In this document: positions 8,792 to 18,234 of the stretch, one piece after another
How the letters are laid out: every line of letters starts with the position of its first letter
Numbering within the stretch: the stretch's first letter is position 1
Assembly (NCBI GenBank): GCA_016932045.1
Contig: JAFGDO010000030.1
Span: forward strand, 10,172 to 74,171
DNA from: Candidatus Dojkabacteria bacterium
GTDB lineage: Bacteria > Patescibacteriota > Dojkabacteria > JAHIVN01
Reading direction: 5' to 3'
DNA: 64,000 nt
Notes under the pieces: model-generated
Told to the model about the DNA's origin: nothing
Databases searched by the model: none
The model's input: only the letters and a program-made list of their open reading frames with translations
Program-made: the position numbers and the translations under genes

Positions 8792-9469
8792 ATGATAGGA
8801 AAAATTGTAAAAAAGATAAAGAACCTTAACTTGGATAAACTTCTAAAGAATTCTACTAGAATTTTCGTAGTTCTAATTCTTCTCATTCTTATTGCCCCAC
8901 TTATACTTTATGCTCTGACAAGCCACTCGCAAAAGGGTAAGATTTATAGAAATATTCAAGATGTCCCGGCAAGACGGGTAGCTATAGTTTTTGGTGCGGC
9001 AATTTGGAGTGATACTACCCCTTCCGATGTTCTTAGAGATAGAATTCTTACTGCCGTTGAATTATACAAGGCTGGAAAAGTTGAAAAAATCATTATGTCC
9101 GGTGACAACCGATTCGTAGACTACAATGAACCCGGTACAATGATTGATTTTGCTCAAAGTCAGGGTATTCCCGAAGATGTGCTACAGCCTGATTATGCCG
9201 GAAGGAGAACTTATGACACTTGCTACCGCGCAAAGTACATTTTTGGTCTTGAGGAAGCCATACTTGTTACTCAGGAATTCCATCTTACAAGAGCAATGTA
9301 CACCTGTAGTGCATTAGGAATAGACTCAATTGGAGTAGCTTCTGACCTTTCTGAGTATCCATCTATTAAGTATATGACGACAAGAGACCTCTATGCTCTC
9401 ACGCTTGCTTATCTTGATGTAAACTTGAGAAAGCCTTCTGTAGTTCTTGGAGAAGAAATAAGAATCTAA
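8792..9469 (+). CDS. sanA: SanA/YdcF (DUF218) family protein
   Basis: N-terminal TM, AIVFGA, MSGDN, DYAGRRTYDTC and VTQEFHLTRA motifs. Confidence 0.9.
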   Translation: MIGKIVKKIKNLNLDKLLKNSTRIFVVLILLILIAPLILYALTSHSQKGKIYRNIQDVPARRVAIVFGAAIWSDTTPSDVLRDRILTAVELYKAGKVEKIIMSGDNRFVDYNEPGTMIDFAQSQGIPEDVLQPDYAGRRTYDTCYRAKYIFGLEEAILVTQEFHLTRAMYTCSALGIDSIGVASDLSEYPSIKYMTTRDLYALTLAYLDVNLRKPSVVLGEEIRI

Positions 9470-9566
9470 CTTTAAGACGCCAGGGCGTTCAATTTTCTAC
9501 AACAAACTGATTTAAATTGCCGACTTAGCAGCTGATAGCTTTGCCACAAGAATCTATAAATTTCTA

Positions 9567-9595
9567 TTGACTTTTATCTCTGCTTATTATAAATT
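9567..9595 (+). promoter_or_regulatory. sigma70-type promoter TTGACT-N17-TAAATT, copy 1
   Basis: The same boxes and spacing recur at 9873-9901 with a different spacer sequence. Confidence 0.65.
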
Positions 9596-9597
9596 AA

Positions 9598-9647
9598 GGG
9601 TGGAAGGTGATTTGAGGCTTCGGCCAATTTGATCCTTCCATTTTTTT
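9598..9647 (+). ncRNA. Putative ~50-nt hairpin small RNA, copy 1
   Basis: GUGGAAGG/CCUUCCAU stem, UGAU/UGAU internal motif, GGC-UUCG-GCC cap and U7 tail. No ORF follows. Confidence 0.6.
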
Positions 9648-9872
9648 CGCCCATTTTCATTCTCCAGCCAAACAATCAACTCATCCAACAATTCTGCAAT
9701 CAATATATTCGATTGCCATACGATAGTATATACAAATGCACGTTCTATTGTATTATCTGTTATTAACTATGCAGTTATGCAACCATTCCCCTGTTCAACT
9801 TTTTATATCAACCAGTAGATTTGCGCTTCGGTTCCAAATATTTAAAGTCATAGAATAATATAATTAAAACCC

Positions 9873-9901
9873 TTGACTTCGGATATCAGATATTATAAAT
9901 T
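9873..9901 (+). promoter_or_regulatory. sigma70-type promoter TTGACT-N17-TAAATT, copy 2
   Basis: Matches copy 1 at 9567-9595. Confidence 0.65.
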
Positions 9902-9902
9902 A

Positions 9903-9955
9903 GAGGTGGATGGTGATATGAGGCTTCGGCCAATTTGATCCATCCACTTTTTTTT
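9903..9955 (+). ncRNA. Putative ~50-nt hairpin small RNA, copy 2
   Basis: GUGGAUGG/CCAUCCAC stem with changes that preserve pairing relative to copy 1. Same cap, U8 tail. Confidence 0.6.
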
Positions 9956-10041
9956 GCCCCTCTTCTCCCCACTTACATCAAAACCCTGTAACAATGGAAT
10001 CATTTGACTATCCGACAATTAAACAATTTAGCTATATACCT

Positions 10042-11274
10042 TTACTCTACTTCCAGTTCATTGCTCCTACATATCTTTGCAAAAAATTTCGAACTTGGAC
10101 GTATAATTCGCTTTAAATTCTTATCATAATCAATCTTCACAAGTCCAAATCCTGGACCCCTGCCCAAGTGCCACTCCACATTATCCATAAGACTCCAGTG
10201 AATGTAGCCTCGAACATTAACTCCATCCTGAATTGCTTTATAAACATTAATCAAAGTTTCTTGGATAAATTCTTTCCGGAATTTGTCTTCTCTATCAGCA
10301 ATACCATTCTCTGTAATAATTATTGGCGCATCTAGTTTGGAAAGATCCTTCAAAACATGATATATGCCCTCCGGGTAGATATCCCAGCCTATATCATTCC
10401 TAGGATATTTCGTATCGACGTGCTTTTCAACACCATACTCATCCGCAAAGAATAGATAATTTCCACCAATTTTAAAATTTATCCTCGTATGAACATAATA
10501 TTGTAGTCCAAAGAAATCTAAATAGTCCTTTACCTTATTTATAAATTTCTTGTTCAGAAAGTAATTGGCAAGAAGAGAGGCAAACTTGTCTAGTACTGAG
10601 TTTTCATTCAAGGCAGAGATATAAGAATAATTATGAGAGTACCCAACTTGAGCATCCTTGAAATGCCGATGAATCTGGAAATAGGTTTCCCTATGAACAT
10701 AGGCTAAGTTGTCTAAAACTTTTAAATAAGTAACTGCTTTCTTGATCTTTCCTGGAGGGAAATACCCTGAGTAATACCCGTTTCCGGCATATATGTTCGG
10801 TTCATTCATCGTAATCCAGAAATCAATTTCTTCACCAAGCTCTTGAGCAATATAATCCACGAACCTCAAAAAATATTCTGCGTTTTCTCGTTTTTCAAAG
10901 CTTCCCTTTCTCGTAAACCAAATCGGAAGAGTGAAGTGAAAAAGAGTTGCCATGACTTTCATGCCTCTTTTCTTAAGTGCTTGAATTACGCTCTTATAGT
11001 GTTCTATTGCCCCAGGATCGAAATTACCTTCAGAGGGTTCAATTCTTGACCATTCAACAGAAAAACGGTGTACATTATGGTTTAGCTTCTTTGCTAAATC
11101 AAAATCTTCTTCATACCTATTGTAATGATCTACTGCAATTCCAGAAAGCTCTTTTGTCTTTCCTTCCTGTTCAAACTCCCACCAGTTGTTATTCTTGTTG
11201 TTCCCTTCTACTTGGTGAGCAGAAGTCGCTGCACCCCATAAAAAGCCCCGAGGGAATTCTAAAGTTTTCGCCAT
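10042..11274 (-). CDS. Glycoside hydrolase family 1 (beta-glucosidase-like), cytoplasmic
   Basis: FLWGAATSAHQVEG, TMNEP acid/base, ITENG nucleophile and WSLMDNVEW motifs. Confidence 0.95.
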   Translation of the reverse strand: MAKTLEFPRGFLWGAATSAHQVEGNNKNNNWWEFEQEGKTKELSGIAVDHYNRYEEDFDLAKKLNHNVHRFSVEWSRIEPSEGNFDPGAIEHYKSVIQALKKRGMKVMATLFHFTLPIWFTRKGSFEKRENAEYFLRFVDYIAQELGEEIDFWITMNEPNIYAGNGYYSGYFPPGKIKKAVTYLKVLDNLAYVHRETYFQIHRHFKDAQVGYSHNYSYISALNENSVLDKFASLLANYFLNKKFINKVKDYLDFFGLQYYVHTRINFKIGGNYLFFADEYGVEKHVDTKYPRNDIGWDIYPEGIYHVLKDLSKLDAPIIITENGIADREDKFRKEFIQETLINVYKAIQDGVNVRGYIHWSLMDNVEWHLGRGPGFGLVKIDYDKNLKRIIRPSSKFFAKICRSNELEVE

Positions 11275-11286
11275 CAAAATTGATTC

Positions 11287-11520
11287 TTAATAAGCGGAAA
11301 CATTCCCAAGCATGCTGCCGCAAAATGCGCAAACTGAACACAAAACCAGGACCGCCAAAAAGACAAGCAAGGCGATAAGGATCGCCGAAGTTCCTTCATT
11401 TTTCTTACTTGCCAAGATGAAGTATGCAACTACTCCACCTATCAGTGCAAAGGGAAGCGCACAACAGACGGATGTGCATATTCCTCCGGTTAATCTTCCT
11501 AGTTCGAAATATGGATCCAT
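11287..11520 (-). CDS. Small Cys-containing 2-TM membrane protein
   Basis: Co-oriented between the two GH1 genes; two hydrophobic segments. Confidence 0.6.
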   Translation of the reverse strand: MDPYFELGRLTGGICTSVCCALPFALIGGVVAYFILASKKNEGTSAILIALLVFLAVLVLCSVCAFCGSMLGNVSAY

Positions 11521-11563
11521 GTTTCAATTAATAATTAAAAATTAAGGATTTAGAATTGAGAAT

Positions 11564-12907
11564 TTATAGTTCATCGTTATAAACACAGTTGCATCCCGCA
11601 ATCAGAGCATACTCCCAGGATTCATCTTTTATAGTACGTTCCTGTGTTTCAAGATTAACGTCAATCAAGCCAAATTCAGCATCATACCCTTCGGACCATT
11701 CAAAACAATCAAGCAGAGACCAATAATAAAAACCGCGAACATCTACTCCGTCCTGAATTGCATAATACATCTCACGCACGTGTTCCCTTATGAACTGATT
11801 TCTATCGATTTCGTGATAATCGGGGACACCAATCTCGGTAATGTAGATTGGCTTTTCATACCTTTTGTATTTTAATAGTACTTCATACAAACCTTCAGGG
11901 TAGTACGCTCTGTCTAAACTTTGATTCTCAATTTCTTCAGGATCCTTAGTTAAGACATCCTTTGCTAAAGACAGGTTAATCGACTGTTTATAGTAATAAT
12001 GGACACCAATAAAATCCAGTTCATCCTTTACAATATCAATTAAGTAATGCACCCATGCATAGTCAATGGTAGAAGCGATAATATTCTCAAGTATATTCTT
12101 TTCATGATACGGTACGATGTATGAAGAGTGTTCTGCTATCCCAACTTGAGCATTAGCATCTTTTTCATGGATGATGCTGTATGCTTCCTTATGAGCTAGG
12201 GTAAGATTTGAGAATAAGCCCGGAACCTGAGTAAGGTCCTGCTTTGCGGGAGGCCATTTGGCCGAGACATAACCGCAGGTAATGTATGCCATAGGTTCAT
12301 TCATTGTAAGCCACAATTCAACTTCTTCACTAAGATTCGCAACAACATAATTGACATATTCGGTATAGTAATCTACATTCTCACCTCTCTCCCAACCTCC
12401 TAAATCCTCAAACCAAGCCGGGACAGAATGATGCCAAAGTGTGACCATCGGCTTTATATCTCGATCCTTAAGTGCCTGTAAAACATCCCTATAGTGTTCT
12501 ATCTCCTTCTCGTCAAATTCTCCCTTTTGTGGCTCGATCCTCGACCACTCTATTGAAAAGCGATAGGAATTTAGACTCAACTTGCTAGCAAGATCGAAAT
12601 CCTCCTCATACCTCCCATAGTGATTAATTATCCCATCAGTTCTATCCCCATTCTTTATCCTGCCTTCTTCCTGCTCGAATCGCCACCAGCTGCTATTTAC
12701 ATTCCCTCCTTCTACCTGATAAGAAGCTGTTGCAGCACCCCAAAGGAAATTCTCAGGAAAGATTAGTATCTCCTCATCAGAAATTTCATGACCGTGAGGA
12801 TTATTGTATTTAAAGGACAAGACAGAGCAAAAAGAGGACATGAGACAACAAAAAAGCATTGTTATGACAATAATTATCACTAAAACGTTTTTATTCAATG
12901 ATTTCAT
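11564..12907 (-). CDS. Glycoside hydrolase family 1 with N-terminal membrane anchor
   Basis: FLWGAATASYQVEG, TMNEP, ITEIG and WSLLDCFEW motifs; hydrophobic Cys-rich N-terminus. Confidence 0.95.
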   Translation of the reverse strand: MKSLNKNVLVIIIVITMLFCCLMSSFCSVLSFKYNNPHGHEISDEEILIFPENFLWGAATASYQVEGGNVNSSWWRFEQEEGRIKNGDRTDGIINHYGRYEEDFDLASKLSLNSYRFSIEWSRIEPQKGEFDEKEIEHYRDVLQALKDRDIKPMVTLWHHSVPAWFEDLGGWERGENVDYYTEYVNYVVANLSEEVELWLTMNEPMAYITCGYVSAKWPPAKQDLTQVPGLFSNLTLAHKEAYSIIHEKDANAQVGIAEHSSYIVPYHEKNILENIIASTIDYAWVHYLIDIVKDELDFIGVHYYYKQSINLSLAKDVLTKDPEEIENQSLDRAYYPEGLYEVLLKYKRYEKPIYITEIGVPDYHEIDRNQFIREHVREMYYAIQDGVDVRGFYYWSLLDCFEWSEGYDAEFGLIDVNLETQERTIKDESWEYALIAGCNCVYNDEL

Positions 12908-12972
12908 AACGTAATATTTACATAAGAAATTGCAGGCTTAATTGTAACATACAAAATAGCTTTGAGGAATTC

Positions 12973-13335
12973 TTAAAAGGTTTGAGTAAGGTACAATTCA
13001 GTAATATCATCCACTTGTAAACCTTTAGCTTCCATGACATCTTTTAAAACGTTACTTTCCCGTAGCGCTTCTAAACCCACACTAAAATTAACTTGTCTAG
13101 CACGTCTATATGCTCTAGAAGTCCACAATTCTTCAACTTTTCCTTTAACCTCGCAGTCTAGTGTAACACGCCCTGCATAATCCATCGTAACCCTGTCATC
13201 ACCTTCCCGTTGATATGCTACACTCACGCTTACTAGTGTTCCTACTGGTAATACCACTTCTCTTCCGCTTCTTTGAGCTTCTCTAAGTGTTGCGATATAT
13301 TGTCCTGGAAATATTTCTGTTTGTTCGGTATTCAT
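12973..13335 (-). CDS. Hypothetical protein
   Basis: 120-aa ORF only. Confidence 0.55.
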   Translation of the reverse strand: MNTEQTEIFPGQYIATLREAQRSGREVVLPVGTLVSVSVAYQREGDDRVTMDYAGRVTLDCEVKGKVEELWTSRAYRRARQVNFSVGLEALRESNVLKDVMEAKGLQVDDITELYLTQTF

Positions 13336-13648
13336 TGCAAATGTATGTTCATACTTTTATAAAATCTAGGGCTTTCCAGCAAAGGAAGGTAATTTTACCA
13401 TAATTGGAGGCATATTGCCTGCTCTTATATATGTACTCTGGAATCACCAGGATATAGAATCAACTTTTAAAGAGGACTTAAAGGACAAGTAAGCTGTAAT
13501 AAAAGAAGGAGGGATATATGTTACTGATACAACAGTGTGCAGAAAAGTAAATGAGCAATTAGAAATCATAGAACAGAAACGATGGCTCTCTGTCTAATAA
13601 ACCCCACACCTTATGCCTTTTACTTTTTACCTTCTACCTTTCCCCATC

Positions 13649-14617
13649 TTACACTGTCCTTGTTGCTTCCCACTTTCCATGAACATTGCAGTAGACAACA
13701 GCTTTTAATGTCATTCCAGCTGCTAACGCTACTTGGAATTCAGCTTCAGGTACCGGATTATCTTTTGGGGTAAGTTCCTGTTTACCGATTGACTGTTCAT
13801 TTGCAAGTAATTCTATCGACTGAATGTAGTGACTATCCTCCATAACATGAGGAATCATACCTACCTTTACCTTTACGCTTACTGACTGGCCCATCTCATA
13901 ATCATCCGGCATCACAATGATAGGTTCATGAGTCTTTTTCAATTCATCTGTAGCAGCAACCGGTCCTTTTTCTTCAGCCGCTGCTGTAGTAAGCGGTGTT
14001 GGTATAGGTTGTGCCGGTTGTTCCGCTGCCTTTTCTTCTGGTGCTGCAGCCTGTTCTGTAGGCAATGGTGAAACTCCCGTCCCTGGCTCTGTCACTTCCT
14101 CTGGTTGTACGGGCTCCTCAGCAGGCATACTAGGTAAACTTGTCGGCGTTACTGGCTCTGGAGTTTGAGCCGGTGCCTGCACAGACACTTCACCTGGCAT
14201 AGCACTATCACTAACTGGTGGAACAGAAACCTGACCTTCCATAGCAGGTTGTTCTTCTTTTGGTTCCTCGGAAGCTCCTGTTAAGCCGGTTGGCTGATCT
14301 TCTGAAGTCATCGCAACACCTCCAACAGGTGACACTGTAGTCTCGGATGGAGTAACCGTTCCTTCTACTAAAGGCTTAAGCGAATCATCAGTTCCTGGTT
14401 CTCCAACTGGAGGACTCACTGCTTTTGCCATATCTGGAGCTACAGGCTCTGGTACTACTCCAGGCTGTGTTGGTTCCTGAGGTAAACCCCCCGGAGTCAC
14501 TCCCGACTGACCTGTAACGCCTGGCGAAACTGCCTGATCCCCTCCACCTACCGGAGAAGTGGGAACACTTGTATCACCTAAAGGATTTACCGGCGGATTT
14601 GTTGTCTGATCATCCAT
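13649..14617 (-). CDS. Superoxide reductase (neelaredoxin/desulfoferrodoxin Fe domain) with a long disordered N-terminus
   Basis: C-terminal ligand motifs THEP, PHVMEDSHYI and YCNVHG. The first ~225 aa are rich in P, E, T, S and G. Confidence 0.85.
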   Translation of the reverse strand: MDDQTTNPPVNPLGDTSVPTSPVGGGDQAVSPGVTGQSGVTPGGLPQEPTQPGVVPEPVAPDMAKAVSPPVGEPGTDDSLKPLVEGTVTPSETTVSPVGGVAMTSEDQPTGLTGASEEPKEEQPAMEGQVSVPPVSDSAMPGEVSVQAPAQTPEPVTPTSLPSMPAEEPVQPEEVTEPGTGVSPLPTEQAAAPEEKAAEQPAQPIPTPLTTAAAEEKGPVAATDELKKTHEPIIVMPDDYEMGQSVSVKVKVGMIPHVMEDSHYIQSIELLANEQSIGKQELTPKDNPVPEAEFQVALAAGMTLKAVVYCNVHGKWEATRTV

Positions 14618-14799
14618 GATTATTTTTTTATAATTTATCTAGAAAATTAATCCTAATTCCAGGATAACTATACTAGGATATGATAACAAAGGTCAAGCAT
14701 GATTGCAAAACTAGAGTACAAAATTAAGTGTTATAAATGGTTTTAAAAGGGCGTTTTATATCTACCACCTTTAATCAAAGTTTTCTCTGAGAAACTCCA

Positions 14800-15017
14800 A
14801 TGCCAGAAGAGGAATTTGATTTCTCACCTCACCTATTAAGTTCCGGGATCCCTACTTGGGACAAAATTATTGACCGAAACGTAGCGATCTCACATGCTCG
14901 ACAGCTTGGATTAGGTACATTTAAGACCAGTTCACTGCACTCAATATAGTAGCAAATCAAGCAATGATAGAAGGTAAAACAGTGGCTCAGTTGCTCATAG
15001 ATCTAGACAGAGGATAA
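14800..15017 (+). pseudogene. Possible small frameshifted gene
   Basis: MPEEEFDFS...QLGLGTF, then a second frame reads DQFTALNIVANQAMIEGKTVAQLLIDLDRG*. One extra base would give a 72-aa ORF. Confidence 0.3.
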
Positions 15018-15031
15018 TCTACTTAAATAGT

Positions 15032-15757
15032 TCACGATAAACTAAACTGCGTTATCAGATAAGAGGAAATAACTGCTGCTGTTTCAGCCCGTAAAGTAAA
15101 ATCCCCGAGATTAAGAATCTTAAAGCTTTTACTTTTTGCTAACAGAACCTCATTGTCATCCCACCCCCCTTCAGGCCCAATCCAAATACCCACCCTACGT
15201 CCGTCGCTATTTCCCGCAGTATTTATACCGTTTCCCTTTAAATGCTCACCACTTACATCAAAAAAATAATTGTTGTCATGTTCCTTTGCCTCTTTAACCG
15301 CTTCGCTAAACTTGATTGGGTTATACAACTTCGGCACAATTCCTCTACCAGCCTGTTCAGCAGCTTCCCTTATAATTTTTTCCAGCCGTTCAGGACGTAC
15401 CTTTAACTTCACAGTATGCCTACAAATTAGAGGTACCACTTCTGATACTCCAACCTCCGTGGCTTTCTGAACAACCAATTCAAAGTTGCTCCGTTTTAAA
15501 ATTGAACAATAAAGAATAGCATAAATATTCGGCTCTTTTTCATTCTTTCCCCTATTGATGACTTCTACCTCAACAACTCCTTCCTTAAATTCCACTATCT
15601 TAACTTCAGCTTCATTTAAATCCCCATCACACAATATAAATCTCCCGCCACTTCCTAGACGCAAAACACTTCTGACCTGTCTAAAGATAGCCTCGTCTTT
15701 AATTCTAATATATTTTTTTGTCAGATCAAAATCACCAAAAAACCTATTTATCTGCAT
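15032..15757 (-). CDS. rsmE: 16S rRNA m3U1498 methyltransferase
   Basis: VLRL, QKATEVGV, EAAEQAGR, IGPEGGW and LRAETAA motifs. Confidence 0.95.
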   Translation of the reverse strand: MQINRFFGDFDLTKKYIRIKDEAIFRQVRSVLRLGSGGRFILCDGDLNEAEVKIVEFKEGVVEVEVINRGKNEKEPNIYAILYCSILKRSNFELVVQKATEVGVSEVVPLICRHTVKLKVRPERLEKIIREAAEQAGRGIVPKLYNPIKFSEAVKEAKEHDNNYFFDVSGEHLKGNGINTAGNSDGRRVGIWIGPEGGWDDNEVLLAKSKSFKILNLGDFTLRAETAAVISSYLITQFSLS

Positions 15758-15836
15758 CTAGCTAGTGGGGTTTAAATTTAATAAAGAGATCAAAATCCCA
15801 TAAGATATTCTTCCCTAATTTGAATACTACTTTCCC

Positions 15837-16106
15837 TTATTTTTCCCAATGAGCTTCAGCCTCTTTCTCCATCTTATCGAGCCGGTCATAGTAATCGGGA
15901 AACTCATTTAAGTGTGCAAGTGCGATTTTACCAGTAACCAAAGGGTCATCATTGCTTACATTCGTTTCGGGATCACGTCTGCCATGTTCAAGTTCGACAT
16001 CCATCCCCATTCTGAATTGATCAACGTCAAACTTACTCCAATCTACTCCCAGTTCATCCCCCACGCTTTTTGCCTCCTCGTTTGTGAAATTTGATTTAGC
16101 ACTCAT
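15837..16106 (-). CDS. Conserved hypothetical protein (DUF5661-like)
   Basis: GMDVELEHG ... KIALAHLNEFPDYYDRL. Confidence 0.8.
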   Translation of the reverse strand: MSAKSNFTNEEAKSVGDELGVDWSKFDVDQFRMGMDVELEHGRRDPETNVSNDDPLVTGKIALAHLNEFPDYYDRLDKMEKEAEAHWEK

Positions 16107-16192
16107 AGGTTTATATTAATAATTTAAATACCCGTTGTTTAACATCTGCCAATCGCAATTTGCTGCGTGCCCTGAGCGTGCCGAGGGGCTTG

Positions 16193-16390
16193 CTAATAAC
16201 TTCCCCTTATCTTTTCAACTTTCACCTCAAGTCCTGTAAGTTCCTTTTTTATCTCTCGGATAAGCTTTGCACCCTTTTCATATTCTCCTATACCATCCTC
16301 AATATCAAGCTTACCAGCCTCAAATCGTTTTATGACATTTTCAAGTTCCTTTAGCTTTTCATCAATTTTTACTCCCTTTTGTTTTCCCAT
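16193..16390 (-). CDS. xseB: Exodeoxyribonuclease VII small subunit
   Basis: LKELENVIKRFEAGKLDIEDGIGEYEKG; overlaps the end of xseA. Confidence 0.9.
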   Translation of the reverse strand: MGKQKGVKIDEKLKELENVIKRFEAGKLDIEDGIGEYEKGAKLIREIKKELTGLEVKVEKIRGSY

Positions 16391-17567
16391 ATTTGATTCT
16401 TTCACTAATCTTATTTATCTTAGCATCTAAAGCCCCATCAGTTAATAGTGCATTTACTTCATCATCTACATTCACATCTTTCACTGATAATATCCTTCTA
16501 TCCTGCTTTGTAAGAATTGAAAATCCGCGAGCCAAGGTATTTGAGATATTATAAGAACTCAAGATCCTCTCAAGTGATTTCAAATTATTCCTAAGATTTA
16601 AAAAGAGTCTCTGTATTCCTTCTTCAAGGGGAACCACAACAGACTCCATTGATCTTTGTCTCTCCCGAAGTAACTCCTTCATAAATTCATCAATTTCATC
16701 TCCTTGCTCTACAAGAAAATCAACAAATTTGTTGTTTTGTTCAACTATATAATACGCAGCCTGTGATGGGGTTGATGCTCTTATATCTGCAACAAAGTCC
16801 GCGATGCTTTCATCCTTTTCATGGCCAACACCTGCAATGATAGGCTTGGGTGATGAGAATATTAAACGAGCAAGCTCTTCGTCATTGAAGCTTTTCAAGT
16901 CCTCTAAGCTTCCTCCCCCCCTTGTCAAAACAATTAAGTCTACATTCGTGTTTCTTGCTTCAATAAGTGCGTCCGATATATTTTTAACTGACTGCTTACC
17001 TTGTACAAGGACCGGATAATATAAGATTTCAACACAAGTATTATTTTCTTTAAGAATTTTTATAAAATCCGAATAAGCTGCAGAGTCTTCACCTGTCAAA
17101 AGCGCAACCCTCGTGATAAATCTAGGCAACTCTTGTTTGTGCTCAAGAGCGAATAAGCCTTCTTCTTCAAGTTTCTCCTTCAGTTTCTGATAAGCAATTG
17201 CAAGAGAACCTTCGCCAATTGGCTCGATAGCTAGGGCTGAAAGTGAAAAAGAGCCATATGGGACGTATAAATCTGCAACACCAATTACAACCACATCCAT
17301 ATCTTTCTCGATTAAGTCTATGCCCTTCACATTCGGAGCATAGCCGCCGATTCGCAAATTTGCCTTGCCATCCGATAGGGTTATATTTACCCCTTGGTTT
17401 CTCGTAATATTGAACTCTGTAACCTCTCCCTTAATGCGAAACACACCCAGACTCTTTAAGACATCTTTAATCAGAGAGTTAAACTTGGAAACAGAGAGAA
17501 CCTCATCAGAAAAAGGCATTCCAAATGGACGATCCAAAAGATTTACTTTGTCGTTTAGCTTATTCAT
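16362..17567 (-). CDS. xseA: Exodeoxyribonuclease VII large subunit
   Basis: LSVS, GEV, RGGGSLEDL, GVGHEKD and ADIRASTPSQAA motifs. Start placed at ATG 17567. Confidence 0.95.
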   Translation of the reverse strand: MNKLNDKVNLLDRPFGMPFSDEVLSVSKFNSLIKDVLKSLGVFRIKGEVTEFNITRNQGVNITLSDGKANLRIGGYAPNVKGIDLIEKDMDVVVIGVADLYVPYGSFSLSALAIEPIGEGSLAIAYQKLKEKLEEEGLFALEHKQELPRFITRVALLTGEDSAAYSDFIKILKENNTCVEILYYPVLVQGKQSVKNISDALIEARNTNVDLIVLTRGGGSLEDLKSFNDEELARLIFSSPKPIIAGVGHEKDESIADFVADIRASTPSQAAYYIVEQNNKFVDFLVEQGDEIDEFMKELLRERQRSMESVVVPLEEGIQRLFLNLRNNLKSLERILSSYNISNTLARGFSILTKQDRRILSVKDVNVDDEVNALLTDGALDAKINKISERIKYGKTKGSKN

Positions 17568-17586
17568 ACTCAAATAATAGTTTATA

Positions 17587-18174
17587 TCAGATTCTACAAT
17601 CTTTAAAACAGGAATGGAAATAATTTCTATCAGATACCCACTGGCTAGGATTACTTCTGATATATTCACGAATGTTTTCTAATTCATCAGCATCGCGGAT
17701 TACCCTGTCAAAATATCTCTCCTGCCATATGATATAAATCTCGGGGCACCTCTTCCTAATCTCAAACGTGCTTCTCCCTTTAAACCATCTAAGAATTCGC
17801 CCAAGAGAGATCTTTATTATCTTCATAGGATTATTAGGAATCCCATCAATCCCTCTCCTTCTATCGTGATGAATGAAATTGTTTTCAAATCCTGTAGGAA
17901 CATGATTAATCATGTTCCTACATATTTCAACAATACCATGGATATGATTCGGCATAATGACGTATTCTCCCAGAAACACATTATCAAATTGATTAGGAAT
18001 TCTCTTCCAGATTTCTTTCACAATTTTGCCGATTCGAGACAATTTAATCCGGTTGGAATTAATGCTCCCCAATAGACGCCTACGTTCCCTCGTACATATT
18101 GTCGCAAAATAAAAACCCTCGCCCGAATAATAGTATTCATGTAGACGATATTGTTACTTATATTTATACCCCAT
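17587..18174 (-). pseudogene. REP-associated tyrosine transposase (RAYT, HUH/Y1) with a nonsense codon at codon 7
   Basis: Reads MGYKYK*QYRLHEYYYSGEGFYFATICT in frame with MPNHIHGI, WQERYFDRVIR and YIRSNP. The TAA is at 18154-18156. Confidence 0.85.
17893..17922. repeat. Perfect 30-bp GTAG-type REP palindrome inside the RAYT gene
   Basis: TGTAGGAACATGATTAATCATGTTCCTACA. Confidence 0.85.
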
Positions 18175-18234
18175 ATAAAAGAGATAAAATAAATACTTCT
18201 CCTCTGGGGGTTAATAACGGGGAAAAATGTTCAA

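Noticed and set aside
9567-9955. CRISPR repeats or plain terminators
   Set aside because: Only two copies 306 bp apart, each with its own promoter boxes, and neither directly follows a stop codon.
17568-17669. N-terminal extension of xseA in the ORF track
   Set aside because: It overlaps the RAYT 3' end; ATG 17567 gives a normal-length protein.
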